64,000 nt of DNA from Microbotryum violaceum (GCA_001244265.2 CDLV01000016.1:682001-746000), one strand, 5' to 3'; shown: positions 29,301-43,572, numbered from the stretch's first letter. The notes: generated by a model from the letters alone, not told the origin. Translations and numbers: made by a program.

Positions 29301-31459
29301 GACGGACGCGAGCAATTGGGGAATCGGGGTGGCACTCAGTCAAGGAAAGCAATGGCAGACGGCCATGCCGGCAGGCTATTGGTCACGACAGTACAACCCA
29401 GCGGAAGGCAACTATGCAGCCCACGAGATGGAATTGCTTGCAATTGTGGACGCCCTTCATCACTGGCGGGCGGACCTTTTGGGTGTTTGATTCAAGATCC
29501 TCACAGACCACCACTCCTTGGCGGGCTTCATGAAGCAACCAAGCCTTTCACGACGACAAGCTCGATGGACCGAACGACTGGCCGATTACGACTTCGAGAT
29601 TGTATATGTACGAGGTCCAGAGAACACAGTGGCTGATGCATTGAGTCGTTACTCTTTCCCGGAGGAACCCACAGCCGGCCGCCAGGCGAGCGACAATGTC
29701 AATGTGCTGGCGGAGGCAACTCTCGATCCTGCCTTCCTTTGCAAACTCAGGGACGGTTACCGCAAGGACCCGCAATGTCAACAAGCTATCAAGAACATTG
29801 ACTCAACACCAGGCTACTCAGTCGACAATGGAATCGCACGGTTCGAAGGACGGATCCTCCTGCCAAAGACGGGGAACTTTCAGGAGGATGCGCTACATGA
29901 TGCGCATGATGCCGCAGGCCATTTTGGACTACACAAGACGTATGAACACCTACGCCGCAACTTTATCTGGTCGGGAATGAAGGATGCATGCAAAGATTAC
30001 GTTGAGTCCTGTGCTGCTTGTCAGACAATGAAGATGCATGGCACCGGTTTTGCCGGTCGGATCCACAATTTGAATGTGCCTGACCGGCCAATGCGGGAAG
30101 TTGGCCTAGACTTTGTCGGGCCACTTGTACCTAGCAATGGTAATGACGCACTGCTTACGGTAACAGATCGCCTTTCAGGCTACGTTTGCCTCATCCCCTG
30201 CCGCACGACGGACGACGCGACTACCACGGCGGACCGGTTCTTTGAGGGGTGGCATCGACAGTTTGGCATGCCACGAGTGCTGGTCTCCGACCGCAACAAG
30301 CTCTTCACAAGCGAGCTCTGGCGAGCGTACATGGGCCAGCTGGGAACGAAACTGGCAACATCGACGTCTTTCCACCCACAAACGGATGGCCGAAGCGAGC
30401 GAACGAATCGGACCGTGATCCAAGTCCTGCAAACAATGGTCAACCGACGGCAAAATGACTGGTCAAAGCACTTGGCTACGGTGGAGTTTGTGATCAACTC
30501 CAGTATGAACAGGTCGACGGGGAAGACGCCATTTGAAGTGGTACTTGGGTTCACGCCGGAGCTGACACCGATCACCCCAGTGGAGGGCTCAACCACGTCA
30601 CAGGCAGTCAAATCCATCGTGGAACAACGTGAAGCAGCGGTTGCGGAAGCCCGAGACAATTTGGCAATTGCAAAGATCCGACAGGCCAACCAGAGCAACA
30701 AGACGAGGAAACCGGAGCCCGGGTTTGCAGTGGGCGACATGGTCTTAGTCGACTCGCGGGATCGACGACTGCGGTACAAGGCCGATGGGGAAGCACGGTC
30801 AGCCAAACTCTTTCCCCGGTTTGACGGCCCCTACGAAGTCCTAGCAGCACGACCCGAAACCTCAAATTACAAGCTGAAGCTCAAGGCGGGGGACAAGTCG
30901 CACAACGTCTTCCACGCCTCCAAGCTCCGACGCTGGGTAAAGAACAATGGGTGGTGTTCCCAGGACGAGAGGCAACGGAACCAGCGGCCATTATTGTCCA
31001 AGGAAACGAGGAGTGGGAGGTAGAACGGATTGTGGACGAAAAGGGGAAGGGGTCAAGGAAGAGGTTCTTGGTGAAATGGAAGGGGTGGGCAGACAGCGAC
31101 AACACATGGGAGCCATGCTCACACCTGGAAGACACCGCAGCGTTGGAAGAATGGGAGAGTGGGAAGGCGGGGGGAGGACAAGGCAAGGAGGGGAGGGTGT
31201 AAGGAGGGAGGCGAGTTTGGTTTAGGTGGTGGAGAGTGTAAGGCCCGTGCGCCTGGGCCTTAGGAAGAGGGGACGCGTGCCTGGGCACTCTTAGTCTCTC
31301 TCCAGCGACTGATACGAGTGTCCAGGTGAGCACAAGGTGGATCAGAAGGCATTGTCATACCAGCGACTGATACGAGTGTCCAGTGTCAATTCTACATACT
31401 TTGGTCCTGTGATCCTTGTCGTCATCGCTCAGGTGTACACTCCAACGGGGTGTATTACA
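26346..31459 (+). mobile_element. Ty3/Gypsy chromovirus-like element G2, full length, nested in G1
   Basis: 223-bp LTRs 26346-26568 and 31237-31459 with 2 differences seen. TSD TCCGC. Confidence 0.97.
26665..31202 (+). pseudogene. G2 gag-pol polyprotein (one stop at 29488, one frameshift near 30950)
   Basis: CFSC..H...C knuckle, LADSGA, YLDD, TDAS, HHCC integrase, GPY motif, chromodomain [13 protein letters not shown]. Confidence 0.92.
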
Positions 31460-34383
31460 TCCGCCCCTCTCGGTTGTCATACTCATCACCTCGTTCATCA
31501 TCCCAAAGAAGGGCTGCAACGTGGATCCCACAATTGCACCGCGCTGGGTGAATGACTACCGCGAGCTCAACAAGCACACCGTCAAAGACCGCACACCTCT
31601 GCCCTTGCCTGATGACATTCTCTTGACGTGCTCCAATGCGCAATTCTGGGCCAAGATCGACATGACCAACTCCTTCTTTCAGACCAAGATGGCAGAAGAG
31701 GACATCCCTAAGACGGCCATGTCCACACCTTGGGGTTTGTACGAGTGGACCGTTAGGCCCATGGGCCTCTGCAATGCCCCTGCCACCCACCAACAACGTG
31801 TCAACGAGGCACTCCAAGGCTTGCTTGGCACCATCTGCTTTGTCTACCTCGACGACATCACCATCTTTGCGGACACACTGGAGGAGCACGAGGCCCGTGT
31901 TTGCCAAGTCATGGAAGCGCTGCGCTGTGCCAAACTCTACTGCTCTCCAACCAAAACCAACCTTGCCACCGCGGAGTGCTTGTTCCTTGGCCACATCATC
32001 AACCATGCCGGTGTGCATGCTGATCCCAAGACAATCCAGCGCATTGAAGACTGGGCCCTACCTAAGACGGTCAAGGAACTCAGGGGTTTCCTCGGGCTGG
32101 TGCAGTATCTTCGCAAGTTCATCCCTGGCCTCACTGAGCACACCGCCGCGCGACTCCCTTGACATGCCAAGGACTCTCATCTATTGCCACACTCTGGACA
32201 CCCAACGAAATTCGCCACTTCAAAGCCATCAAGGACATTGTCACCTCACTCAACTGCCTTTGGCCGCCCGACCACTCCGCGGACGCCACTCCGTTCTGGG
32301 TGATGACTGATGCAAGCAATCACGGAATTGGTGGTGTCCTCCTCCAGGGTCAGGAGTGGAAGATGGCTTGCCCCATTGCGTACTGGTCCAGGCAATACAT
32401 ACCCGCTGAACGCAACTACCCCACTCACGAGCAGGAACTCCTTGCCATTGTCAAAGCACTCAAGGAATGGCGCATCGACTTGCTTGGCGGTCACTTCCAC
32501 ATCCTCACTGATCACTCCACACTCGAGCACTTCCAGACCCAGCGCACCATTCTCTCTCGCCGACAAGCCCGTTGGCTGGACACGCTGGCCAAATTTGATG
32601 ACAACCTTCGGTACCTGCCCGGCAAGGACAACATTGTAGCCGACGCCATGAGTCGATACTCCTTCACCAATCCACTGCCCACCCTAGTGGCCTCTGTCTC
32701 CCATGTCAAGCTTTCGGATGCTGTCAAGCAGCAGATCCTCAACGCGTACGAGACCGACCCATTCTGCCAGCAAGCCATGGCTAACATTGGCTCGGTCACA
32801 TCGGACTTCAAGATTGTTGATGCATTGCTGTATTTACGGGGCCGGCTTATCATTCCATCACTAGCCCCGCTCTGTGAGTCCATCCTTCACAATGCTTATG
32901 ATGCGCAGGGGCACCTAGGTGATATGAAAATGTACCGGACCGTTCAGCAGGCATACTTCTGGCCAAACATGTCCCGGGACGTCAAGCACTACGTCCAAAA
33001 ATGTGATTCTTGTCAACGGAGGAAGGCTCGTACCACTTGCATTGCCAGCAAACTCCACTCGCTACCTGTCCCGGCACAACCCATGGCCAACATTGCCATC
33101 AGTTTTGTCGGACCGCTTCCCGCCAACAAAGGCTTCGACCGTGTGTTAACAATCACCGACCGCCTGTTGGGGTATGTCCGTTTGGTCCCTGCACACAAAG
33201 CTGACACTGCAGCGGAGGTTGCTGCGCGCTTCCATGAAGGATGGCACCGCCTCTTTGGCCTCCCTCAAAGCATTGTCTCGGACCGGGACAAGCTGTTTAC
33301 AAGCAAGTTCTGGACTGCCCTACACAAGCGCCTGAACACCAAGCTCCAGCTCTCTTCGGCGTTTCACCCGGAGACGGACGGTCGCAGCGAGAAAACGAAC
33401 AAGACTGCCTTCCAGATTCTTTGAGCGCTCGTCAACAAGGAGCAATCCAACTGGGCGGAGTGCCTTGCTGTCTGTGAGTATGCCATCAACTCGTCTCTCA
33501 ATGTCGCTACCGGGAAAACCCCCTTCGAGCTTGTGCTTGGCTACACGCCCTCCCTTGCCCCACTTGCCCGTGTCAACGGTGATGACAACTTGCCGTCCGT
33601 TGAGGAGTTGCTTGCCCTTTGATTCCAAGCCTGCAAAGATGCCCAGGACCAGCTTGCCATTTCCAAGGTTCGGCAGGCAGCACAGTCCAACAAGAGGTGT
33701 CGGGATGAACCCTCTTGGGCTGTTGGGGATCTTGTACTTCTCAACTCGAGTGATCGCCGAAAGCGGCTCCACACCCACAAGCACCGCGCAGCCAAGCTCA
33801 TGGACCGCTTTGACGATCCCTATTGCATCATCAAGGCCCAACCGTAAATCTTGTCCTACACCCTGCAGCTGAACGGGGACGATGCAGCGGTACCATTTTT
33901 TCACACGGGCAAGCTCAAGACCTACTGCAAGAACGACACAGCCCTGATCCCCAACCGTGAACCTGCGCGACTGGGCCCAGTGGATGTAGGTGGCGAGCCA
34001 GAATACATCATTGAAGACATTGTTGACAAGAGGATCCGTGCTGGCAAGCAGCAATACCTCGTCTCGTGGGTCTCGTGGCTGTCAGACAGCGATTCATGGG
34101 AGCCTGCCGAGGCACTGGAGGATACGGAGGCATTGGATAGGTGGGAGCGTCGGAATGAGGAGTAGGATTTTCGACCGGAGGAGGGGATTTGTTTCAAGGC
34201 GGGGAGAGTGTAAGGTGTGGGCCTTACTACGGGCCACAGGCACTAGAAATAGAGATCGCACGCACCTAGCTTCTTCAGTTCCCTCCTCATTGGGCTGACA
34301 CCAGAAGCTAGTTGCAATCCATATAACTTGCACCTGTCAGCTTAGGTCGCCAGTGAGGCTCCAGAGTGATCGCGTGCCTTTTA

Positions 34384-35083
34384 GGCACCAAGAGGACGTC
34401 GGTCGCCACAACGGGGCCAGCTGGAGTCAATATGCGGACAGAGCCACAGCCGGTGGAAGGAAGGGAATCGGCAACTCCAGCAACGGGTGGGCCGGCAAAC
34501 AAGTGCAGCATCAAGAAGAGTGTGCTGTTGTTGGCCATGTGACAATTTGCACTGGAGTCAAGGAGCCATGCCAATTTGTGAAACGGTGACGGGGTGGCAA
34601 GTAGACAGGCGGTGAACATTGTAGGCTTGGGCATCTCGATAACGGCAGGGGAGGCAACGGCCAGGGAGCCCTTCTTACGTCCTCGCAAACTCGCTCCGGT
34701 GGAAGCCTTGCGGGCGCGGAAAGTGGCGGCCCAGGCGGTGTCTGAACAATCTTTGAGCCAGTGCAGTTGGCAACATGTTGGGTTGGTGGATGGTCCGGGA
34801 GGGGCGCATTGCTGGGGGGTAGCAACAGCAACAGCCGGAGCTTCAGCCGGACGAGCCTTGATCTCTTGATAGATGCGGTCGAGGATGTCAGCCGCGGGGG
34901 GTAAAGTGCCGGACATGCCCTGAGAATTCACAAAGGTCGTGCACCATGCGGAAAGAGATGGCGGCATCCTCGCGAGTAGGTGAGACGCAAGTAGGGAATC
35001 CGTGGTGACATTGGTGTCAGCCAGAAGTTGAGGATTGTTGTCAAAGCGGTCACAAAACTGGAGGAATGCGTAGGGGCTGTTGG
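34384..35083 (-). mobile_element. Degenerate Copia family E fragment (gag end, knuckle, protease)
   Basis: C..C...HWLKDC and WLLDSSANCHM in ORF 34308-35231. Confidence 0.78.
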
Positions 35084-36840
35084 GCAGACTGGTGACTTGT
35101 ACTTTGACACTGGTGGGATATTGCTCGGGAATTGATCCGCAAATTCCGCTTGCAGCATCACTTCCTGTTGTCGCAGTTCCGCGTGCTCTGCTTCCTCTTG
35201 CTGCACCCGTCAATGTACGCGATGACAGCATTCCAGTTGATCCGCACCTTGTTGCTCCGCTTGGCGCCCCTTTCCGTGCGTTGCTGGGGATGTGGTCCAG
35301 ACATTGGTGCGCACAGGTTGTTTGTCATGTTGGGAGCCTCAGGGTGTGGGACCAGGATCCGGTGATTTTTGCAATCAATGTTCACCTTGTGCTTTGTGAG
35401 GAAATTGAGCCTCAACACCACTTCCAACAGCTCCTGCAGCTTGGCCACCTTCAGAATTGTCTCTCCGGCTTCCCAGGCCCCATTTTCCAACGTGATCAGG
35501 ATTTTCACAAATGAGGTAATGTGGAACGCGCTCTGTTGGCCTTTGATTGCAGTTCTGACCGTTGAAGGTACAGGCAAACGGTACTTAACTAACCCCAGTT
35601 TCTCAACCACCTTATCTGCAATGAAGGAGGAAGAGGCCCCGGAGTAAGCAAGTGCGTTGAACGTCGCCGAGCCTTTGTCGTTGTGCAGAACCATGGGAAT
35701 CATTGAGAGAAATCAAGGGGCGTACTCATTTTCTCTGTCCGTTGAGAAGTCGTCATTGTTGCAATCAGCAATCTGGTTGAGAGTCTCCTTTGGGCCTGCG
35801 TTCGTCTTTTTCTTCTCCTGTTTGGCCCAGCCTTTGGGAACATCCGGCGCCAAGTGCCATTCAGCCATGCAGATTCGCAAGAAGTGGTCGACATTGATTT
35901 GGCAGCAGCTGACACATCCGTTGTTGCGTCGCAGGTAGTCCTTCATTGCATCGGTGAGCTTGTTCGGCGTGCGGCTGGTGTCGGCGGTCGTGGTGGCAGA
36001 AGCCTGGTAGGAGTTCGCCTTCGTTGCGGTGACCGCCATCGCCTGAGGTCGTGGAGCGGCTAAATTTCGGATTGCCGACATCATGTTCCATTGAGACCTT
36101 GCAAGCTATTTGAACGCTTCATACGAGACCGCCTCTGGTTTGGCGAGTCCTGCCTTTGATGCTGCTATGTAGTCCAAGTTGTCTTGATGCAGACCGGTAT
36201 TGACCAGGAGATCGTTCTGGCGCAGTACTACACTCAGTTGGGTGTCCATGTTGAATAACAGGATCTTGATGAACTCCGCGTCGCCGAGAGCCGCCTGTCC
36301 GAGCTGGAGCTGAAGGGCGCGAAGTCCCAATGCCCGCGTAGGGTAGTCCATGTTCCGTTGTTTGGAGTCCCGGATTTGTTTCTCCGGTCGAATGCGAAGT
36401 CCAGAAGTAGTGCCTTGCGGACCATCGCAACCTTGAATTTGTCCCACGTGCGGTCTTCCGTCGACGATACCAGCCAGTCCTTCAGGTGGTCATGCTCAAC
36501 ATGGTTCTGTATGAGCATGATCTTGAACCCCATATCAGAAACGCCATGTCGTATGAACAGGTTGTCCATGTCCGTCAGGAAAGCTCGGATTGAGGCAAGG
36601 GTGAGTGTGCCGTTCGTAAGCTTGGGGGTGATGAGCTTTAGTCCCTTCGGCTTCGTCAGCACCGGCTCCTCGTCCAAACTTGATTCGGCAGTCTGCTCTT
36701 GTTGGTTTGACACTGGTGGTGGTTTCCCTTGGGCCTTCTTGCCACGCGCCATCGTTGTTCGTTATCGTTTGTTGGGGCTTTTGTTCGTTCCGTTGGGGTG
36801 TCGCTGGCGCACGTTGAGGGGCGTGCGTCTTAGACCGTTA
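35084..36840 (-). mobile_element. Gypsy G3 (relative of G2): 5' UTR, gag and protease, truncated
   Basis: MARGKK gag at 36752 aligns with G2 gag. The 5' UTR matches G2 26581-26664. Confidence 0.92.
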
Positions 36841-39617
36841 CTACCTCTATATATATAAAAAGGTGAGTTAAGGAATGTACCTAAAATCGCTGTTTTTAAC
36901 TAGGTTGCGGCCTGGAGGGCCGCCTGGGGTGGGTCTACCAGCATACCGTTGTGTCTGCCGCACCTGTCTGTGGTGTCGGGGTTCCGATCAGAAGTCATGT
37001 ACAAGCCCTGTGGTGACTTTTGTATTTTCCGCGCCGTTCCAACGAAGCTACAGCGCTCCCAGTATTTTCCTTCTTTTTGTCGCTGACATAAAACAATACT
37101 TCCACTCATATGGTATTTAATGAACCGCAAGCGCGTGGCTTTGCATGATATTGCTTCTACAGCAGCGCTCTGCCTGACGCGCGAGGCGAGGGCTGGCGTT
37201 TGTCACGTGATGCGGTGCGCCGGCGATGTCAGTGTCATTCCGGCAGTCGACCAGCGGCATTAGGGGCTGAACAACAAATCAAACCACGTAAATAATCCTG
37301 CGTCACTCCCTCGAACCTTTCCTTTCTCCCTCTCACTCTCATCCAATTTTAGTGACACTCATTCAAGAACAAACCCTCGCTGCTATGTCCCGGTCCCAAG
37401 GTCGCCAGGGTCTCAGGGAGGGCCATCGCAACCTTGCCAAGTTTTGGGCGCGAGGGTAGCGCCGTACCATGGGCCACCATGGGCCTGCTCGAGCGCCCGC
37501 TGCTGGGCGCCCCGAGGCTCGACCCTCCTCTTCGTCCCGCTCCGATCAACAGAATCAGCCCCCGGCGCGTCATGACAACAATTTAACCGATCTTGGCATT
37601 GCGACACGTATACGAGCCTGCCGTGCAGCCGTACAGAACGGACAGCGTGGTCAGCGCGATGGCCAACTCGACGCTGGGCTCGCCCCACCACCACCTCCGC
37701 AAAGGCGAGTGCGCCGGGCTCGAATCGCGCTCAAACCCCTCAAGCCCCACGTTTTCGCAGGGCAAGGTGCGGCTACCTCCCCCTCCCCAGCCCAATCTCG
37801 AGTATCGGCAGCTTCTTCAAGGCTCGGATAGCGGTCAGTTGCTCCGTCCAACAACATTCGTCTGCAGTAGACCCACATGCTGAACTGTTCTACCCACCCA
37901 CACAGAAGCTAAAGCATTCCGCGAGAATGCCCGGTCTTACAATAACGCGTTGTCCTTTACTTCGCTCGCTGCCCACTGGACCAAACCCAAGTGGGCACTC
38001 TAGGACCTCCCGTGTTTCGTGTGTTCGGCCGCCTCTATCATTGACTCGGTGCCCTGATCCCTGCCGTGAATCAACGCCCAGCCTTTGCCCAGACATGGCT
38101 GATCGACCCGGCCGAGGCCACCGACACACGACTTCAAGGACCCGACAGCGCAGGGACTCGCATTCAAAGATCAACGCTGACCAAGCTCGAGTCCATGTTG
38201 CGCACCGGCAATCGCTTTGTGAGGGAGTTCGCATCGGCCAAACCTCGCGCAGGTTGGGATACGGCCAAAGAGTGGATCCTGCGCCTCTGCCTCCCGCCAG
38301 GCCGGGACCGACTGTCATGAACCAGTAATCCTGCAATTCCTAACTCGCTTCATTGGGGGTTGGCCATACATAGTACCAAGCTGTCCACTCCTTTCAGAGT
38401 GGATATTGTACCCCTTTGAGGTCAGCTTAGGCTAGTGGTAAAGCTTGGACCCACTCCTGACACCGACGCACCCACAACCCTCCTACATCGAGCACGGAAA
38501 TGGCGATGCTTATCTGCGATTCCGACACCAACACGGGGGATCGTGGACGTCAAGACCTTATTTTCCAGGTGCACGGTGATCGATGTCCCGAGGGTCGGCC
38601 CACTTGGCAAGTACCAAGTCGTTAGCTCGCTCCATCCGTCTGCGATGCCTCTCCGTTACCCACTGCTTTTTCCTGCAGGGGAAGATGGCTTCCACCCCAA
38701 CATTCCTCTTTGCGGGTTCCACCAAGCCAGGCCGCCAATCGCCAGAAACTGAGAGCAGATCAACAATGGTGTCCAATTGCGCGAGGTACTTGCCGGTCTC
38801 GGTCTGGATGACGAAGACGAACAGGAGGACGAAGACCGCGACAATGAGGATGAAGACGGCGAGGAAGGGGACGAAGAGGATGGTGATGGCGAACGTACGC
38901 GTCTTCGGCTCTTTCTCTGATGTTCCATTCTGCCGAAGGCGCAAGCACAGACTGACGTTGAACTTTTGAACACCTAGGACGAAGGTCAAGTAAAGGGGTC
39001 GAGGTGGCGAGTCTCGCGTTCACATTCTTTGCGCACTACTTGCCAAACGCGACGAGTACTTCTCAATCCCGCATTGCACCCAGCGTCCCTTCCTGGAGTC
39101 TGTGATTTACGGATGTACTCCCAAGTCGAGACCGATCGACTCAACAAATCCGGCTGCATCAAGAGAACCTACGCCTCACCACGACCCAAGGCATCAACGG
39201 CTTGACCCCGAACCAAATTGGACGTTCCATGACCTTGGGCTCAACGTTCAAGAATAGACCGCGCGACATCACGTGGCAGCGATACCAGGATGCGATGGCG
39301 TGCGTTGTCAAACATGGAAAGCCTCCGCTGCTGATCACGATGACGTACGACCCCGACTCACCGGAAATCAAGGCTGCACTGGGGCCGTTAAAGCATGCAA
39401 CCGTCCGGATCTCATTGCACGAGTGTTTGAAGTTAAGTCCGGCAACAAGCGACATGCAGGCTGTTTCGGCACTGAATGTAAGATGAATGGATTTTGTTTC
39501 TTTGCTGTATTTCGTATTGTGTTTTTTTAACCTCTGCGCTGATATCATGTAGACTGTTCAATTATCCTGCTATTTTTTGAATTTCATCATCCCGTTAACT
39601 TAACGGGTTCCCACTGG
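36841..39617 (+). mobile_element. Internally deleted Helitron, copy 1
   Basis: Rep N-terminal remnants (YNNALSFTS, YPLLFP.GEDG, YQDAMA..KHGKP..ITMT, RPDLIARVF). 3' hairpin cccgttaa-c-ttaacggg at 39591-39607, then CTGG. Flanked by A and T. No helicase. Confidence 0.9.
38313..38462. repeat. 150-bp solo LTR (TGTCA...TGACA) in Helitron copy 1
   Basis: TSD CCGAC on both sides. Interrupts the Rep frame. Confidence 0.88.
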
Positions 39618-41000
39618 TTGAAGCATAGCACGACAACATGATCCCATGCTTATTTCTCGACGAAGACCTGGACTGCTATTTGAACAGACGATGACTTCGA
39701 TCGATTATCGCCGCTCACCAACATGACGATCGCCGAGCTCCTCGCCTTCGGTGTATCATGTCGTTCCTGCCGACGCGTCTCTTCGCACCGAGTTGTCCAA
39801 AGACAAGCCCACCCAGTAATCGACCTACGGATACCTACCCTACCCGACTCTCCAGACCAGGGACGTGTTTCTCGCCACCGATGCTCTGATCAGGATATCG
39901 ACCTTTGGCCGTCGCGTTGACAAGCAGTACGGAGCGCTACTAGTAGCACATCGCTCTCGTCATTTTGGATCGCTAGACGGAGTTGTAACCACTGCCACAC
40001 CATTGGAGATCGGATCTCTGATTTGCTTTGACCTCAAGCGTGGCATGCAGCTGCGATCAAATTGCTTATGAAGAAGAACCGCTGTCCATAGAGGCTTCGC
40101 TTCATCAAAAAAGCATGCTATTTCACTCACATTGATGGTACTATGCCATTTCGCATGATTGTTCCGCATGATTGATGGTCGACAGGTCATCGAGTCATTA
40201 GGCCCGCCAACGATTACATATTGTCCCACAAGGATATTACCTCATGTTACCCCGACGAGCGCATAATCAGCACGTGCGCACGTGCCGAGCAAAGATTGCC
40301 GCCCTTCGGAGCGTGCCCGGGCCGCGAGCACTGGACACAAATGCCACTTGATACCAATGACTAGTGTGTCGGACCGACACAGCACCGTTCGTGACTGATG
40401 AACTACTCCACGGTGGAGGAGGGCTGTACCATTAGCTACTGAGATGTTGATGTTCGCACACAGCTATCAGACGAGGCCGAAACGCACGCCTAGTACAGGA
40501 CTTTGCACTCCGTGCCATTCGCCGCCGTTCCGCTCTGTGCTGGTCTGTGGCGGCTGGCTGTAGTGTTGAGACTGTCGTCAATTTCCCAAATTTCCCAAAC
40601 TCGCGGCGCCTCCCAAGCCGCCCCCCAGCGTTGAGATCGTCTTCAATCTGCCAAACTCCGGCGCGCCTCAAGCCGCCCCCGGCGCTGAGACCGTCGTCAA
40701 TTTCCCAAGCTCGCGCCGCCGAATTTTTCTGGAACAAACCTTCAGCTCTAAAGAGCTTCAGGGATATGTTCTCCGAACTCTTCCAATGTACCACTCAAAA
40801 TAGACACAAATCGACCCCTCAGACACCTTATCCCGATGTACACATCGGCCTAAAATCGCTGTTTTTCGAGACGCACATTGGGCTGAGCTTTCCCGGGTCC
40901 TACTATAGCGTCGGCGAATCGACGGGCTGCGCAGGGCTGCGCTAGGACTGCGCTAGGCCTCGCTCTGCGTCGCTAAGCGGTCGCTAGGCCTTGCGAGGCA

Positions 41001-41264
41001 GGACCCTCGAAAGCCCAGCCTGAGGCGCGTAGGTAAAGAGTGCACAAAATTCTTGGCCCTAGAAAAGCCAAAATCGCGATTTTTGGTGATGTTGTAGAGC
41101 ATCTGAAGCAATTCTAGAGCTATTGTTGGACGACCGTAGATGGACTGGACATTTGAAGGTCATTTTTGGGCGAATACACCAAAAAAGGGTGGACAAATGA
41201 GGTCTAAAATTCGGAATTTTGGCCGATTTTACCTACGCGCCTCAGGCTGGGCTTTCATGGGTCC
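41001..41264. repeat. Inverted repeat with ~37-bp arms (41001-41037 and 41228-41264)
   Basis: gaaagcccagcctgaggcgcgtaggtaaa is the exact reverse complement of tttacctacgcgcctcaggctgggctttc. Confidence 0.8.
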
Positions 41265-41433
41265 TTGCGAGGCAGCGCTCGGCAGCGCTCTGAGCTCGTC
41301 TGAGTGTCTGAGCCTGTCTGAGCTTGTTACCTCTCGAGCCACTGGAGCGTTGCGGCGCGGTCGTCAACTTGCAGGTCGTCACTCGACCAACTTCTCGCAC
41401 CACGGCGAACAAACGACCGCCACCAGGTGATTG

Positions 41434-43443
41434 ATGGCGCGGAAGCGGTCCGATTCGGTCAAGGAAGCTTTGCGACAGCTTGAGCCGACGTCCTACAGCA
41501 CTGAGCGCCGCAATGGTCCGACGGGAGCCCAACATCCGGCCTCCGCCGTCGCATCGCCATTCATACGATGGCTCGTACAGCCCACGGAGAGCCTCAAGCT
41601 CATTGCTCTGACATCTGGAGCGTGGGCTGCGATCGAATACACTCGACCGGCCAAGCTCATCAACCCCTTGTCGCCACTTCTCTTCATCTCGTATCCGCTC
41701 GTACCCGCATTGAACGAGGACACGCCGCGATTCGACAAAGGTCCTCTCGATCTCGCATTTGTACTCTTCTACATTGTGGTGTTGTCATTTATGCGTGAGG
41801 CGACAACCAGGTTCATCGTACGGCCCATCGCCCGCCGCCTCGGGCTCAGCTCGGAAGCGAAGCTTCAAAGATTCTTGGAGCAAGCCTATGCGATTGTCTA
41901 CTTCTCTGCGTCCGGGTCATTCGGTTTGGTACGTCCGGGCATTCATTATCCCAAATTAGTGCTGTTGTCCAGAACCGGGGCTTGGCGTGGCCCGAGTACG
42001 AAGCTCTTGATCAATGGACAGATCCGACCTGCGATTAGATTTGCAACTAACAAATCTCTTTCCTCATCTCAGTGGGTCATGTCACATCAGAAGTCGTGGT
42101 GGTACAATACGAAGCATCTATGGCTTGAGTATCCTCACTGGTAGGCCCACAACGACTCTCCCATGCTTTTGTACCGGTGGGTCAATCATTGATGGCTTGA
42201 TGTGGCATCCTGTCTGGTCAGGCGGATGGAAGGCCGGCTTAAGAGTTACTACTTGTTGCAGCTGTAAGTCACTATGAGCTCTCGTCACTTTCGGTACCGA
42301 AAACCGGTTTTTGTCGACTGTTTCTCACTTCCAATCCAGAGCTTATTGGTGTCAACAAATGCTCGTCTTGATCCTTGGGTGAGTGCGCAAAGCACCCTTC
42401 TTTCTGCATGAATCTGATCGACCCTGCATTGCTTTACAGCCTCGAGAAGCCCCGATCGGACTTCAAGGAGCTTGTGATACACCATGTGGTTACACTTTGG
42501 CTTGTGGGTTGGAGCTGTGAGCCTTGTCTCCCTGCCTCCCGACACACTTCGAACCGCTCATTTGTCTCGAGGTCGTCACATGCAGACTTCCTCAACCTCA
42601 CCATGATCGGGACAGCTATCTTCGTCTCCATGGATTTGCCGGATATCTGTCTTGCAGTATGTGCTGAGCGGAATGAGAGTCGAGTCCAAAGTACTGACGC
42701 GGAAGTACCTGAAATAACACGCGCAGCTGTCCAAGTGTCTCAACTATCTCAATCTCCAACGAACATCAGAATGCAGCTTCGTGTTGTTTCTATGCGTTTG
42801 GAAGTAAGTCTCGATTTCCCTCTCATGGATGCGCTCTCAGCAAGCCAGCAAGCATGCGACCAAGCATTTTTCGTTTGTTGACGTGCCTCTACTCCGTTTC
42901 CGACATTCTAATCAGCTATATGCGGCATTATCTCAACATACGCATACTCTTTTCCGTTTGGAATGAGTTCGATTTGATACCGCATGAATACCGAAGCTGG
43001 ACTGCCGCGGCAGACCATCCCAACGGCTGGTGGCTGCTCTACGGCCGGCAGACTCTGGTATTGCCTCCTTGGTTGAAGTAATTGCAGCTGCTTCCTTCAA
43101 CGTATTTCACGCGCGCTCGCCGAGGAGAGCTGACACCGCTCGACACAACCCTTGTCCGAACCTACGCACAGATATCAAATATTCGCTCCCATCATGGCCT
43201 TGCAACTCGTCAACACATTCTGGTCCTTCTTGATCTGGAGGTGAGACGACACTGAACCGTCCGTCGTGCCGTCGCCTCCGCTGATAAAGATAAATGTTGT
43301 GCGGCAGGATTCTCTGGAGAATGATCGCGGGTATTCCCGCAGTCGACATACGCGAGGACGGAGAAGGAAGCGACGATGGGCGACAATTGATTGACAGGTC
43401 CGCTACTGCCGTCTCGAGGAAGACCATCAAGAAAATGCAGTAA
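41434..43443 (+). CDS. Ceramide synthase, LAG1/LAC1 (TLC domain) family, multi-exon
   Basis: Spliced exons give the Lag1 motif EKPRSDFKELVIHHVVTLWLVGWSYFLNLTMIGTAIFVSMDLPDICLALSKCLNY. Short GT-AG introns (first 41929-42072). Stop TAA 43441-43443. Confidence 0.92.
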
Positions 43444-43572
43444 GAATCGAAGGTCCACGTCGGCGTAGGCGGAGGGTTGAATAGACGTAGGGTAATGAGA
43501 TGCCTGGAGCTGCATTGACATCGGAGAATATACATAGTATAGAAATAATACTGTCAAGGATGATTGCTGTTG

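Larger units (their letters stand above)
25161..34383 (+). mobile_element. Ty3/Gypsy chromovirus-like element G1 (degenerate PR-RT-RH-INT-chromodomain), interrupted by G2
   Basis: 175-bp LTRs 25161-25335 and 34209-34383. TSD GGCAC. YLDD, TDAS, FHPETDGRSE and chromodomain YLVSW..SWEP motifs. Confidence 0.94.

Noticed and set aside
39618-40550. Short ORFs here and at 57305-58271
   Set aside because: No recognisable domains or coherent exon structure.
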